DNA of 64,000 bases. Source: Escherichia coli. GTDB lineage: Bacteria > Pseudomonadota > Gammaproteobacteria > Enterobacterales > Enterobacteriaceae. The stretch lies in assembly GCF_013122565.1 (NCBI RefSeq), contig NZ_CP053258.1; one strand, written 5' to 3'. Positions 50,806 through 63,764 of this stretch are shown here, in pieces. Both the position numbers and the translations under genes were made by a program. Position 1 is the stretch's first letter. Every line of letters begins with the position of its first letter. The notes below the pieces were generated by a model that had not been told where the DNA came from, did not search any database, and saw only the letters and a list, made by a program, of their open reading frames with translations.

Positions 50806-52123
50806 TCGCATCGTATCGTTTTTTATATTATGTCTGGTGTTATGCATACCCCTATGCGTAGCGTACTTTCACTCTGGTGAACTGATGATGAGGTTCGTTT
50901 TCTTCTGGCCGTTTTTTATGTCCATTATGTGGATTGTTGGCGGCGTCTATTTCTGGGTCTATCGTGAACGCCACTGGCCGTGGGGAGAAAACGCACCAGC
51001 TCCCCTGTTGAAAGATAATCCGTCTATCTCCATTATCATTCCCTGTTTTAATGAGGAGAAAAACGTTGAGGAAACCATACACGCCGCTTTAGCACAGCGT
51101 TATGAGAACATTGAAGTTATTGCCGTAAATGACGGTTCAACAGATAAAACCCGTGCCATCCTGGATCGCATGGCTGCACAAATTCCCCATTTGCGGGTCA
51201 TTCATCTGGCGCAAAACCAGGGGAAAGCCATTGCGCTTAAAACCGGAGCTGCCGCGGCGAAAAGTGAATATCTGGTGTGCATTGATGGCGACGCGTTATT
51301 AGACCGCGATGCGGCGGCATATATTGTGGAACCGATGTTGTACAACCCGCGTGTGGGTGCCGTAACCGGTAATCCTCGTATTCGCACACGTTCTACCCTG
51401 GTGGGTAAAATTCAGGTTGGCGAGTATTCCTCAATTATTGGTTTGATCAAGCGAACCCAGCGTATCTATGGAAACGTATTTACCGTTTCCGGTGTTATTG
51501 CCGCATTTCGTCGCAGCGCCCTGGCAGAGGTGGGTTACTGGAGTGACGATATGATCACCGAAGATATTGATATTAGCTGGAAGCTGCAGTTGAATCAGTG
51601 GACGATTTTTTACGAGCCTCGGGCGCTGTGCTGGATATTAATGCCTGAAACGTTAAAAGGGCTGTGGAAACAGCGCCTGCGCTGGGCTCAGGGCGGTGCA
51701 GAAGTATTCCTCAAAAATATGACAAGGCTATGGCGCAAAGAAAACTTTCGAATGTGGCCACTGTTTTTTGAATACTGCCTGACAACAATATGGGCCTTCA
51801 CCTGCCTGGTCGGTTTCATTATTTACGCAGTCCAACTTGCCGGTGTACCGTTAAATATTGAATTGACACATATCGCTGCGACACATACTGCCGGAATATT
51901 ATTGTGTACGTTATGTTTACTGCAATTTATTGTCAGCCTGATGATCGAGAATCGCTATGAGCATAATCTGACTTCATCGCTTTTCTGGATTATTTGGTTC
52001 CCGGTTATTTTCTGGATGCTGAGCCTGGCAACGACATTGGTATCATTTACACGAGTCATGTTGATGCCTAAAAAGCAACGCGCCCGTTGGGTAAGTCCTG
52101 ATCGCGGGATTCTGAGAGGTTAA
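50798..52123 (+). CDS. pgaC: PgaC, PGA synthase glycosyltransferase (GT2)
   Basis: 441 aa, GT2 motifs, multi-TM. Confidence 0.9.
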
Positions 52124-52124
52124 T

Positions 52125-52538
52125 ATGAACAATTTAATTATTACGACCCGACAATCGCCAGTACGTTTACTGGTTGATTATGTTGCCACAACCATCTTGT
52201 GGACATTATTTGCTTTGTTCATATTCTTATTCGCCATGGATCTGCTGACGGGTTATTACTGGCAAAGCGAGGCCCGAAGCCGACTTCAGTTCTATTTTTT
52301 GCTGGCAGTGGCGAATGCCGTCGTGTTAATTGTCTGGGCGCTGTACAATAAGCTGCGTTTTCAAAAACAGCAGCATCATGCAGCCTACCAATATACGCCG
52401 CAAGAATATGCAGAGAGCTTAGCAATACCTGATGAGCTCTATCAGCAACTACAAAAAAGCCACAGGATGAGCGTACACTTCACCAGCCAGGGGCAAATAA
52501 AAATGGTGGTTTCAGAAAAAGCGCTAGTCCGGGCATAA
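52125..52538 (+). CDS. pgaD: PgaD, PGA synthesis accessory protein
   Basis: 137 aa two-TM protein directly after pgaC. Confidence 0.85.
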
Positions 52539-52549
52539 ACACCCAAAAC

Positions 52550-52572
52550 AAAGCCCGGTTCGCCCGGGCTCT
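52550..52572. terminator. Bidirectional hairpin (agcccgg-ttcg-cccgggct) between convergent pgaD and phoH
   Basis: Read directly. Confidence 0.55.
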
Positions 52573-52587
52573 GCACCGATAATACAC

Positions 52588-53652
52588 TTAACTGTATGCA
52601 TGTAGCGTACGTTGGCAAAGTGCCGAACGTACGCAATCCTCTTTACCGAATCGGACGATCCCGACCATTTCATCTTCTTCGAAACGTTCCAGTGCGTCAC
52701 TTAATCCGGAGCGCACGCCGCGAGGTAAATCGCATTGCGTGATATCACCGTTAACGATAACCGTCACGTTCTCCCCGAGGCGGGTTAAAAACATTTTCAT
52801 TTGCGCGGCAGTCACATTCTGCGCCTCGTCAAGAATGACAACTGCATTTTCAAAGGTACGTCCACGCATATAGGCGAACGGCGCAATTTCCACCTTCCCT
52901 ATTTCCGGTCGCAGGCAGTACTGCATAAAGGAAGCCCCTAAGCGCCGGACCAGCACGTCGTATACCGGGCGAAAATAGGGAGCAAACTTTTCTGCGATAT
53001 CTCCAGGTAAGAAGCCAAGATCTTCATCGGCTTGCAGAACTGGACGGGTGACGATAATCCTGTCGACATCCTTATGTATCAGGGCCTCTGCCGCTTTTGC
53101 TGCGCTGATCCAGGTTTTTCCGCACCCGGCTTCGCCCGTAGCGAATATCAGCTGCTTACTCTCAATAGCCTTCAGATAGTGCAATTGCGCTTCATTTCGC
53201 GCGAGGATGGGCGAAGTATCGCGACTGTCGCGGGCCATACCAATGGCTTCTACGCCGCTCATCTGCACAAGCGAGGTGACCGATTCTTCTTCACGCTGCT
53301 TATGGCTGCGCGAATCCCGTCTCAGCACACGTTTTGCCTCGCGACGAGCTTTGATCACTGCTTTTTGTCTTCCCATGGAGAGCACCTTGAGTTGTTTGTA
53401 TTCATCACACGCGCCGTTGGCAGCGCGATTATGCGCACGAACATCAGAGGGTTGGCTTCCTTGTAAGCCATAGTTTGCTTTTGGATAAAATGCCGAAAAA
53501 CGGCTACGCGCACCGTTTACGGCGTCGGTAACACATGAAAAGAAAGGATGAGGTTGAAAATGCAAAGTGACGAGATGACTACCGGAGGAGAAAACTCCGC
53601 GAGTGGTGGCGCGTTGATTATCTAAAACATGTCCAGTACAGGACGTTACCAT
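52588..53652 (-). CDS. phoH: PhoH, phosphate-starvation-inducible ATPase
   Basis: 354 aa; Walker A GEAGCGKT; PhoH-like domain. Confidence 0.9.
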   Translation of the reverse strand: MVTSCTGHVLDNQRATTRGVFSSGSHLVTLHFQPHPFFSCVTDAVNGARSRFSAFYPKANYGLQGSQPSDVRAHNRAANGACDEYKQLKVLSMGRQKAVIKARREAKRVLRRDSRSHKQREEESVTSLVQMSGVEAIGMARDSRDTSPILARNEAQLHYLKAIESKQLIFATGEAGCGKTWISAAKAAEALIHKDVDRIIVTRPVLQADEDLGFLPGDIAEKFAPYFRPVYDVLVRRLGASFMQYCLRPEIGKVEIAPFAYMRGRTFENAVVILDEAQNVTAAQMKMFLTRLGENVTVIVNGDITQCDLPRGVRSGLSDALERFEEDEMVGIVRFGKEDCVRSALCQRTLHAYS

Positions 53653-53801
53653 CCGCGATCTCCATAGTGACTGACTATCACTGCCGGGAACTTCCGCTGC
53701 TACTTAATAAGTACAACAGATCTCGCATTCATTGCAACAATATATTCACTTATATTTAACTATAAAACACCATTTTAGTGACATTAGTTTCTACTGGAAA
53801 G

Positions 53802-53819
53802 ATGACAGAGTGATGACAG
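53802..53819 (-). promoter_or_regulatory. Pho box (two CTGTCAT half-sites 11 bp apart) upstream of phoH
   Basis: Minus-strand reading CTGTCATCACTCTGTCAT; ~150 bp upstream of phoH start. Confidence 0.6.
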
Positions 53820-53876
53820 AGATGAAAAAAGCTGTGTGCTTTCAGCAGGATTCACATCAGGCATCAGTGCACGATC

Positions 53877-53985
53877 GCCGGATGCGGCGTGAACGCCTGA
53901 TCCAGCCTACCGACCCCGCACCGATTGTGGGCATGATAAGCAGCGCAAGCGCCACATCAGGCATCTGCGCACAAATGCCTTATCC
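53877..53985. repeat. REP/BIME-type palindromic elements between efeB and the phoH promoter
   Basis: gccggatgcggcgtgaacgcctgatccagcctac and a second REP-like palindrome ~53945-53985. Confidence 0.55.
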
Positions 53986-53996
53986 GCCTAAAAACA

Positions 53997-55268
53997 TTAA
54001 ACCCGCAATAACGCGCTTCCGAGATAATCATTCGCGTCCTTCACTCCCGGCAGCGCAAAAAAATAGCCGCCGCCGATAGGTTTAACGTATTCCTCCAGCG
54101 CTTCGCCATTGAGCCTTTTTTGTACTGTCAGGAAGCCTTTTTCCAGATCGTGCTGGTAGCAGACAAACAGCAACCCCATATCCAGTTGTCCGGAGTTGGT
54201 GACGCCCAGTGAATAACTGTAGCCACGACGCAGCATCAGGCTGGACTCACTCTCCGCCGTGCGGGGATTCGCCAGCCGGATATGGCTGTCCAACGCAATC
54301 ACCTTCCCTTCCGGGTCGCTGGCGTAATCAGGCACATCATGCTCATGCTGCATTCCCAGCGGCGCACCGGTTTGCTTATCACGGCCAAAAATCGTCTGCT
54401 GTTCTTTCAGCGGCGTTCTGTCCCAAAATTCCACTCGAAACTGAATCAAGCGTACTGCCTGATAGCTGCCACCGATTGTCCACGCAGGCTCCTGCTGATC
54501 TGCCGTTACCCACACCACTTTTTGCATCAACTTATCATTCTGGCTATCGGGATTGGCAGTGCCGTCTTTGAAACCCAGCAAATTAATCGGCGTCTCTTTG
54601 CCTTTACTACGCGCCGCGTGATCGGAAATAAACCCTTCCCGCTTCCAGCGCACACTGAGCAAATCCGGCGTGTGTTTGATGATATCGCGCAGCGCATGGA
54701 TAACCGTGTCCTGGGTGTTGGCGCAAATCTGTAGCAACACATCACCATGACATAACGCCGCATCCAGCGAGTCGTTGGGGAAACGCGTCATCTTCTGCAG
54801 CTTTTTTGGCATCTGTGGCGCAAGGCCAAAGCGCTCATCAAACAATGAGTGACCCACCGATAACGTGATGGTGAGATTATCGGGCGCAATGTAGCCGCCA
54901 AGAATGCCGGAATCGAGTGGTGGCAGGCGCGGATTTGGCGTTTCTGGTGCTGCTCCGCCCTGAGTCAGAAAAGCAAAACGCTGAGTCAACAAGCGAAACA
55001 ACCGCTCAAGATCGGCTTTATCGCTGGCAAGCACATCAAACGCCACCAGCATCATTGCGGCCTGTTGTGGCGTCAGGATCCCTGCCTGATGCTCACCATA
55101 AAACGGCTGTTTCTCATTGCGAGCATCCGGTGAAAGCGTACCCGGCGCACTTTGCGTTTTTTGTGCATGAGCGACCGGACAACTTCCCGCCAGCGCCAGT
55201 GCACCTATCACTTTCAGTAAACGTCGGCGTGACGGTTCATTCACGCCGTTTTCATCTTTATACTGCAT
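53997..55268 (-). CDS. efeB: EfeB, Tat-exported DyP-type haem peroxidase
   Basis: 423 aa; twin-arginine signal [16 protein letters not shown]. Confidence 0.9.
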   Translation of the reverse strand: MQYKDENGVNEPSRRRLLKVIGALALAGSCPVAHAQKTQSAPGTLSPDARNEKQPFYGEHQAGILTPQQAAMMLVAFDVLASDKADLERLFRLLTQRFAFLTQGGAAPETPNPRLPPLDSGILGGYIAPDNLTITLSVGHSLFDERFGLAPQMPKKLQKMTRFPNDSLDAALCHGDVLLQICANTQDTVIHALRDIIKHTPDLLSVRWKREGFISDHAARSKGKETPINLLGFKDGTANPDSQNDKLMQKVVWVTADQQEPAWTIGGSYQAVRLIQFRVEFWDRTPLKEQQTIFGRDKQTGAPLGMQHEHDVPDYASDPEGKVIALDSHIRLANPRTAESESSLMLRRGYSYSLGVTNSGQLDMGLLFVCYQHDLEKGFLTVQKRLNGEALEEYVKPIGGGYFFALPGVKDANDYLGSALLRV

Positions 55269-55273
55269 AACGC

Positions 55274-56401
55274 TTAATCCAGTCCCAGCACACCGCGAAG
55301 TTGCGCCAGATCTTCCGCCAGCGCAGTAATCGGTCCTTTCAGTGCATTCCGGTCGGCATCGGTCAATTTGTCGTAGGTTTCAAAACCGTCTTTAGTACGG
55401 TATTTCGCCAGAATGGTATCGACCTTTTTAAAGTTGGCATCGACTTTTGCCAGCAGTTCCGGGTTGGCTTTTTGCAGTTGTGGACGCAGCAAATCGACAA
55501 TTTTCTGCGAGCCTTCAACGTTAGCCTGGAAATCCCACAGATCGGTGTGGCTGTAGCGATCTTCTTCACCGCTAATTTTGCTGGCTGCCACTTCCTCAAT
55601 CAGTCCGGCTGCGCCGCCGACCACTTTTGAAGGTGGGAAAGCCAGTTCACTGATGCGTTTTTGCAAATCGACCACATCGGTATAAAGCTGCTCAGCGTAC
55701 TGATCCATCCCTTTGGTGGTGTTGTCGCCAAACAATGCTTTTTCCAGACGGTGGAAACCAGTGAATTTTGGGTCGGCGGCTTTTTGCTCGTAATCATCTT
55801 CACGGGCGTCAATGCTGCCATCCAGATCGGAGAACAGTTCAGCAATCGGTTCAATACGCTCATAGTGCTGGCGCGTCGGTGCATACAGTGCTTTCGCTTT
55901 TTCGATATCGCCTGCTTTAATCGCGTCGGTAAAGGCTTTGGTGTCGGTCACCAGCTGCGTGGTTTCCGCCATGACATACGCTTTATATGCAGTAATTGCA
56001 CCACCAAGACTTAACAGCGCATCACTTTGCGCCGCATCCGCCGTTGCCTCACCTTTGACGATCAACTTCCCTTTCGGGTTAGTCAGCAGACCGCAGGTCA
56101 TATCGTATTCGCCAGGCTGTAAATTCGCCGTCATTTTCTGGCTAAAGCCAGGGGCGATATTTTCCCGCTCTTCCACCACCATCACGCCTTTGAGGATCTC
56201 CCACTCCAGCGCCTTCTGGCTGTGGTTCTGAATAATGAACTGTGTTTTCCCGGCGTTAACCGTAATGGTCATCGGTTCGCACTGCTTATCCGTCACGGTC
56301 ACTTTGACCTGCGGCACATCAGCGGCGTTAGCCATAAAAGCAGAAGAAAACAGCGCAGCCACGCTCAACTGCAATGCGTTACGGCGGAAGTTAATGGTCA
56401 T
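55274..56401 (-). CDS. efeO: EfeO, periplasmic iron-uptake component
   Basis: 375 aa, signal peptide, operon position. Confidence 0.9.
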   Translation of the reverse strand: MTINFRRNALQLSVAALFSSAFMANAADVPQVKVTVTDKQCEPMTITVNAGKTQFIIQNHSQKALEWEILKGVMVVEERENIAPGFSQKMTANLQPGEYDMTCGLLTNPKGKLIVKGEATADAAQSDALLSLGGAITAYKAYVMAETTQLVTDTKAFTDAIKAGDIEKAKALYAPTRQHYERIEPIAELFSDLDGSIDAREDDYEQKAADPKFTGFHRLEKALFGDNTTKGMDQYAEQLYTDVVDLQKRISELAFPPSKVVGGAAGLIEEVAASKISGEEDRYSHTDLWDFQANVEGSQKIVDLLRPQLQKANPELLAKVDANFKKVDTILAKYRTKDGFETYDKLTDADRNALKGPITALAEDLAQLRGVLGLD

Positions 56402-56458
56402 GACGAGACTATCCCTTTAAAGTATGTTGTAACTAAGCAAGAGTTTGCGTCGTATTTG

Positions 56459-57289
56459 TTACGCGGAGCGAGACGCTGTCGCCCCTGCGCGTGGTGGCAG
56501 AGCAAATGCCACCAGCGCCGGGATGAGATAAATAAACCAGACGGCGACTTCGCTGACGCTCGGCGCTTCCTGATAGCCAAAAATCCCTTCCATCAGCGTG
56601 CCAAACAGCGAGTGAGTTGAGAGCACCGCACTCATATCGAAGGCGATTTCCTGAAAGTGGTTCCACAATCCGGCTTCATGAAATGCGCGAATGGCACCAG
56701 CTGCCAGCCCTGCGGCGACGAAGAGAATAAACAGGCTGGTCCATTTAAAAAATGCACCAAGATTGAGGCGAATACCGCCCCAGTAGAGCAGGAAGCCTAG
56801 CACCACGGCAGTAGCAAGACCGAGCATTGCACCCAGCGGCGGCCAGATCCCGACATCTTGTTGAAATGCCGCCAGCAGGAAAAAGACCGACTCCAGCCCT
56901 TCCCTTGCAACGGCAAAAAAGACCATCATCACCAGCGCCCAGCCATGATGATTTCCACGCTGCAATGCGCTATCGACTGCCTGTTCCAGTTGCACTTTGA
57001 CGTTGCGCGACACTTTGCGCATCCAGAAAACCATCCAGGTAAGGATCACCACGGCGATCACCGCCACGATACCTTCAAACAGTTCCTGTTCTTTTTGCGG
57101 AAATTCGCCGGTGGTTTCGTTAATGAAGATACCCAAGCCCAGGCACAACGCAGCGGCAAGCAACACGCCAATCCACATCACACCAATCCATCGGCCTCGC
57201 TGGGTACGCTTAAGATAGCTGGCAATCAAACTGACAATCAGCGCGGCTTCAAGTCCTTCGCGCAACATAATGAGAAACGGAACAAACAT
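56459..57289 (-). CDS. efeU: EfeU, FTR1-type ferrous iron permease, intact reading frame
   Basis: Two REGLE motifs (REGLEAAL, REGLESVF); uninterrupted ~276 codons. Confidence 0.85.
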   Translation of the reverse strand: MFVPFLIMLREGLEAALIVSLIASYLKRTQRGRWIGVMWIGVLLAAALCLGLGIFINETTGEFPQKEQELFEGIVAVIAVVILTWMVFWMRKVSRNVKVQLEQAVDSALQRGNHHGWALVMMVFFAVAREGLESVFFLLAAFQQDVGIWPPLGAMLGLATAVVLGFLLYWGGIRLNLGAFFKWTSLFILFVAAGLAAGAIRAFHEAGLWNHFQEIAFDMSAVLSTHSLFGTLMEGIFGYQEAPSVSEVAVWFIYLIPALVAFALPPRAGATASRSA

Positions 57290-57346
57290 GCCACCCACCC
57301 TTAAACGTTTTTCTGAGTCAATCTATGCAAAGAAAAGTAAATCGCA

Positions 57347-57365
57347 GTGATAGCGATTATCATTA
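57347..57365. promoter_or_regulatory. Fur-box-like sequence (tgatagcgattatcattac) upstream of efeU
   Basis: Resemblance to GATAATGATAATCATTATC consensus, ~60 bp upstream of efeU start. Confidence 0.4.
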
Positions 57366-57831
57366 CGGCAAAGAAAAACACAAGCGGAATGTTTATAAAA
57401 TGATGTTGGAATGTAAACAAAGAGAGGTAATGCCAGGGGATATAAACGATTATTCCAGGGTAGAAAGATGGGATTGTTTGCAAAGAACCATGTGTTCTTG
57501 CCGGATGCCGCGTAAACGCCATATCCAGCCGACAAAACTGTCCAGACTCAATGCATCAGAGCTTCCATGTAAAACTGATAAGCGGGTGTATCAAGCAATT
57601 TCGTCCATCCGCGATTATCAAATCTAACTTTTTGCCCGGAACATAATAACAGCTCGGGTGTTGGTGGCGTCAAAATCGCTGAAGCGTTCCCCGAAGGCCG
57701 GGACAGCAGGGGGCGGCGGCGATTGGCCGCCCCCTGCGCGCTCCCTGCACCATTCAATTTATATGGCGAGGCACATTAAGGGAGCGCAACCCGCTGCTGA
57801 AGCCAAACAAAACCGCCGCAGGCTAAGTCCC

Positions 57832-59340
<1,509 letters not shown>

Positions 59341-59528
59341 CTAAAGTCTCCAAAAAATTATTATCGGCAATGTCGAAACTTGCCGTTATATCTGCCACCG
59401 GAACGGGGTAACAGAGTTTATGTTTTACCAGGGCGACCGTATCCTGCCGGAAGCGCTGGTTATTCACAATCGATTTAACACACCATTTACATTAAATTTT
59501 AGTGCTCAGCGACACTATTTTTCATCAG

Positions 59529-59735
59529 GTTGCACTCTCTCACATTTTTTGCGGTTGCACCTTTCAAAAATGTTAACTGTCGCAGAGAAAAAGTCTGAGT
59601 TATTTTTTTAATCCCTGTCATATCGATTTCTTTTATTAACATTTCATTCATTTTTAAGCTTGCTACGCAAGTCACATTTAACATGGTTGCACAAAGTTGC
59701 AACATCGTGGATATTTCACGATAACGTTAAGTTGC
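59529..59735. promoter_or_regulatory. putP-putA control region with five GTTGCA PutA-operator motifs (59529, 59554, 59685, 59695, 59730)
   Basis: Motifs read directly; number and arrangement fit the described put operators. Confidence 0.6.
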
Positions 59736-59762
59736 ACCTTTCAGAACAACAGGAGTAATGGC

Positions 59763-62700
59763 ATGGGAACCACCACCATGGGGGTTAAGCTGGACGACGC
59801 GACGCGTGAGCGTATTAAGTCTGCCGCGACACGTATCGATCGCACGCCACACTGGTTAATTAAGCAGGCGATTTTTTCTTATCTCGAACAACTGGAAAAC
59901 AGCGATACTCTGCCGGAGCTACCTGCGCTGCTTTCTGGCGCTGCCAATGAGAGCGATGAAGCACCGACTCCGGCAGAGGAACCACACCAGCCATTCCTCG
60001 ACTTTGCCGAGCAAATTTTGCCCCAGTCGGTTTCCCGCGCCGCGATCACCGCGGCCTATCGCCGCCCGGAAACCGAAGCGGTTTCTATGCTGCTGGAACA
60101 AGCCCGCCTGCCGCAGCCAGTTGCTGAACAGGCGCACAAACTGGCGTATCAACTGGCCGATAAACTGCGTAATCAAAAAAATGCCAGTGGTCGTGCAGGA
60201 ATGGTCCAGGGGTTATTGCAGGAGTTTTCGCTGTCATCGCAGGAAGGCGTGGCGCTGATGTGTCTGGCAGAAGCGTTGTTGCGTATTCCCGACAAAGCCA
60301 CCCGCGACGCGTTAATTCGCGACAAAATCAGCAACGGTAACTGGCAGTCACACATTGGTCGTAGCCCGTCACTGTTTGTTAATGCCGCTACCTGGGGGCT
60401 GCTGTTTACTGGCAAACTGGTTTCCACCCATAACGAAGCCAGCCTCTCCCGCTCGCTGAACCGCATTATCGGTAAAAGCGGTGAACCGCTGATCCGCAAA
60501 GGTGTGGATATGGCGATGCGCCTGATGGGCGAGCAGTTCGTCACGGGCGAAACCATCGCGGAAGCGTTAGCCAATGCCCGCAAGCTGGAAGAGAAAGGTT
60601 TCCGTTACTCTTACGATATGCTGGGCGAAGCCGCGCTGACCGCCGCAGATGCACAGGCGTATATGGTTTCCTATCAGCAGGCGATTCACGCCATCGGTAA
60701 AGCGTCTAACGGTCGTGGCATCTATGAAGGTCCGGGCATTTCAATCAAGCTGTCGGCGCTGCATCCGCGTTACAGCCGCGCCCAGTATGACCGGGTAATG
60801 GAAGAGCTTTACCCACGTCTGAAATCACTCACCCTGCTGGCGCGTCAGTACGATATTGGTATTAACATCGATGCCGAAGAGGCCGATCGTCTGGAGATCT
60901 CCCTCGATCTGCTGGAAAAACTCTGTTTCGAGCCGGAACTGGCAGGCTGGAACGGCATCGGTTTTGTTATTCAGGCTTATCAAAAACGCTGCCCGTTGGT
61001 GATTGATTACCTGATTGATCTCGCCACCCGCAGCCGTCGCCGTCTGATGATTCGTCTGGTGAAAGGCGCGTACTGGGATAGTGAAATCAAGCGTGCGCAG
61101 ATGGACGGCCTTGAAGGTTATCCGGTTTATACTCGCAAGGTGTATACCGACGTTTCTTATCTTGCCTGTGCGAAAAAGCTGCTAGCGGTGCCAAATCTAA
61201 TCTACCCGCAGTTCGCGACGCACAACGCCCATACGCTGGCGGCAATTTATCAACTGGCAGGTCAGAACTACTATCCGGGTCAGTACGAGTTCCAGTGCCT
61301 GCATGGTATGGGCGAGCCACTGTATGAGCAGGTCACCGGGAAAGTTGCCGACGGCAAACTTAACCGTCCGTGTCGTATTTATGCTCCGGTCGGTACACAT
61401 GAAACGCTGCTGGCGTATCTGGTGCGTCGCCTGCTGGAAAACGGTGCTAACACCTCGTTTGTTAACCGTATTGCCGACACCTCTTTGCCACTGGATGAAC
61501 TGGTCGCCGATCCGGTCACTGCTGTAGAAACACTGGCGCAACAGGAAGGGCAAACTGGATTACCGCATCCGAAAATTCCCCTGCCGCGCGATCTTTACGG
61601 TCACGGGCGCGACAACTCGGCAGGGCTGGATCTCGCTAACGAACACCGTCTGGCCTCGCTCTCTTCTGCCCTGCTCAATAGTGCACTGCAAAAATGGCAG
61701 GCCTTGCCCATGCTGGAACAACCGGTAGCGGCTGGTGAGATGTCGCCCGTTATTAACCCTGCGGAACCGAAAGATATTGTGGGCTATGTGCGTGAAGCCA
61801 CGCCGCGTGAAGTAGAACAGGCGCTGGAAAGTGCGGTTAATAACGCGCCAATCTGGTTTGCCACTCCTCCGGCTGAACGCGCGGCAATTTTACATCGCGC
61901 TGCCGTGCTAATGGAAAGCCAGATGCAGCAACTGATTGGTATTCTGGTGCGTGAAGCCGGAAAAACCTTCAGTAACGCCATTGCCGAAGTGCGCGAAGCG
62001 GTCGATTTTCTCCACTACTACGCCGGACAGGTGCGGGATGATTTCGCTAACGAAACCCACCGTCCATTAGGGCCTGTGGTGTGTATCAGTCCGTGGAACT
62101 TCCCGCTGGCTATTTTTACCGGGCAGATCGCTGCCGCACTGGCGGCAGGTAACAGCGTGCTGGCAAAACCGGCAGAACAAACGCCGCTGATTGCCGCGCA
62201 AGGGATCGCCATTTTGCTGGAGGCGGGTGTACCGCCAGGCGTGGTGCAATTGCTGCCAGGTCGGGGTGAAACCGTGGGCGCGCAACTGACGGGTGATGAT
62301 CGCGTGCGCGGGGTGATGTTTACCGGTTCAACCGAAGTCGCTACGTTACTGCAACGCAATATCGCCAGCCGCCTGGACGCTCAGGGTCGCCCTATTCCGC
62401 TCATCGCTGAAACCGGCGGCATGAACGCGATGATTGTCGATTCTTCAGCACTGACCGAACAAGTCGTAATAGATGTGCTGGCCTCGGCGTTCGACAGTGC
62501 GGGTCAGCGTTGTTCGGCGCTGCGCGTGCTGTGCCTGCAAGATGAGATTGCCGACCACACGTTGAAAATGCTACGCGGCGCAATGGCCGAATGCCGGATG
62601 GGTAATCCGGGTCGCCTGACCACCGATATCGGTCCGGTGATTGATAGCGAAGCGAAAGCCAATATCGAGCGTCATATTCAGACCATGCGTAGCAAAGGCC

Positions 62701-63725
62701 GTCCGGTGTTCCAGGCGGTGCGGGAAAACAGCGAAGATGCCCGTGAATGGCAAAGCGGCACCTTTGTCGCCCCGACGCTGATCGAACTGGATGACTTTGC
62801 CGAATTGCAAAAAGAGGTTTTTGGTCCGGTGCTGCATGTGGTGCGTTACAACCGTAACCAGCTGCCGGAGCTGATCGAGCAGATTAACGCTTCCGGTTAT
62901 GGTCTGACGCTTGGCGTCCATACGCGCATTGATGAAACCATCGCCCAGGTCACTGGCTCGGCCCATGTTGGTAACCTGTATGTTAACCGTAATATGGTGG
63001 GCGCAGTGGTTGGTGTGCAGCCGTTCGGCGGCGAAGGGTTGTCCGGTACCGGGCCGAAAGCAGGCGGTCCGCTCTATCTCTACCGTCTGCTGGCGAATCG
63101 CCCGGAAAGTGCGCTGGCAGTAACGCTCTCGCGTCAGGATGCAGAGTATCCGGTCGATGCGCAGTTGAAAGCCGCATTGACTCAGCCGCTAAATGCACTG
63201 CGGGAATGGGCAGCAAATCGTCCAGAATTGCAGGCGTTATGTACGCAATATGGCGAGCTGGCGCAGGCAGGAACACAACGATTGCTGCCAGGGCCGACGG
63301 GTGAACGCAACACCTGGACACTGCTGCCGCGTGAGCGCGTATTGTGTATCGCGGATGATGAGCAGGATGCGCTGACTCAGCTCGCCGCCGTGCTGGCGGT
63401 GGGCAGCCAGGTACTGTGGCCGGATGACGCGCTGCATCGTCAGTTAGTAAAGGCATTGCCATCGGCAGTCAGCGAACGTATTCAACTGGCGAAAGTGGAA
63501 AATATAACCGCTCAACCCTTTGATGCGGTGATCTTCCACGGTGATTCGGATCAGCTTCGCGCATTGTGTGAAGCCGTTGCCGCGCGGGATGGCGCAATTG
63601 TTTCGGTGCAGGGTTTTGCCCGTGGCGAAAGCAATATCCTTCTGGAACGGCTGTATATCGAACGTTCGCTGAGTGTGAATACCGCTGCCGCTGGCGGTAA
63701 CGCCAGCTTAATGACGATCGGTTAA
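59763..63725 (+). CDS. putA: PutA, trifunctional proline dehydrogenase / P5C dehydrogenase / repressor
   Basis: Start at ATG 59763 (MGTTTMGVKLDDATRERIK, RHH N-terminus), 1320 aa; track ORF from 59697 is an upstream over-extension. Confidence 0.9.
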   Translation: MGTTTMGVKLDDATRERIKSAATRIDRTPHWLIKQAIFSYLEQLENSDTLPELPALLSGAANESDEAPTPAEEPHQPFLDFAEQILPQSVSRAAITAAYRRPETEAVSMLLEQARLPQPVAEQAHKLAYQLADKLRNQKNASGRAGMVQGLLQEFSLSSQEGVALMCLAEALLRIPDKATRDALIRDKISNGNWQSHIGRSPSLFVNAATWGLLFTGKLVSTHNEASLSRSLNRIIGKSGEPLIRKGVDMAMRLMGEQFVTGETIAEALANARKLEEKGFRYSYDMLGEAALTAADAQAYMVSYQQAIHAIGKASNGRGIYEGPGISIKLSALHPRYSRAQYDRVMEELYPRLKSLTLLARQYDIGINIDAEEADRLEISLDLLEKLCFEPELAGWNGIGFVIQAYQKRCPLVIDYLIDLATRSRRRLMIRLVKGAYWDSEIKRAQMDGLEGYPVYTRKVYTDVSYLACAKKLLAVPNLIYPQFATHNAHTLAAIYQLAGQNYYPGQYEFQCLHGMGEPLYEQVTGKVADGKLNRPCRIYAPVGTHETLLAYLVRRLLENGANTSFVNRIADTSLPLDELVADPVTAVETLAQQEGQTGLPHPKIPLPRDLYGHGRDNSAGLDLANEHRLASLSSALLNSALQKWQALPMLEQPVAAGEMSPVINPAEPKDIVGYVREATPREVEQALESAVNNAPIWFATPPAERAAILHRAAVLMESQMQQLIGILVREAGKTFSNAIAEVREAVDFLHYYAGQVRDDFANETHRPLGPVVCISPWNFPLAIFTGQIAAALAAGNSVLAKPAEQTPLIAAQGIAILLEAGVPPGVVQLLPGRGETVGAQLTGDDRVRGVMFTGSTEVATLLQRNIASRLDAQGRPIPLIAETGGMNAMIVDSSALTEQVVIDVLASAFDSAGQRCSALRVLCLQDEIADHTLKMLRGAMAECRMGNPGRLTTDIGPVIDSEAKANIERHIQTMRSKGRPVFQAVRENSEDAREWQSGTFVAPTLIELDDFAELQKEVFGPVLHVVRYNRNQLPELIEQINASGYGLTLGVHTRIDETIAQVTGSAHVGNLYVNRNMVGAVVGVQPFGGEGLSGTGPKAGGPLYLYRLLANRPESALAVTLSRQDAEYPVDAQLKAALTQPLNALREWAANRPELQALCTQYGELAQAGTQRLLPGPTGERNTWTLLPRERVLCIADDEQDALTQLAAVLAVGSQVLWPDDALHRQLVKALPSAVSERIQLAKVENITAQPFDAVIFHGDSDQLRALCEAVAARDGAIVSVQGFARGESNILLERLYIERSLSVNTAAAGGNASLMTIG

Positions 63726-63730
63726 ACAGG

Positions 63731-63760
63731 TAGCCGGAGGATGTTACAACCTCCTCCGGC
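63731..63760. terminator. Bidirectional hairpin (gccggagg-atgttacaac-cctccggc) after putA
   Basis: Read directly. Confidence 0.5.
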
Positions 63761-63764
63761 ATCT

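Noticed and set aside
53732-54079. 115-aa ORF on plus strand between phoH and efeB
   Set aside because: Overlaps the Pho box, REP palindromes and the efeB 3' end; reads through repetitive palindromic DNA
59697-59762. Track ORF starts putA at 59697 (1342 aa)
   Set aside because: This is an upstream in-frame extension; the ATG at 59763 gives MGTTTMGVKLDDATRERIK, the recognisable PutA N-terminus, and the upstream segment overlaps operator motifs
60173-63462. Multiple 60-160-aa ORFs antisense or out of frame within putA
   Set aside because: High-GC antisense artefacts inside a well-supported 1320-aa gene
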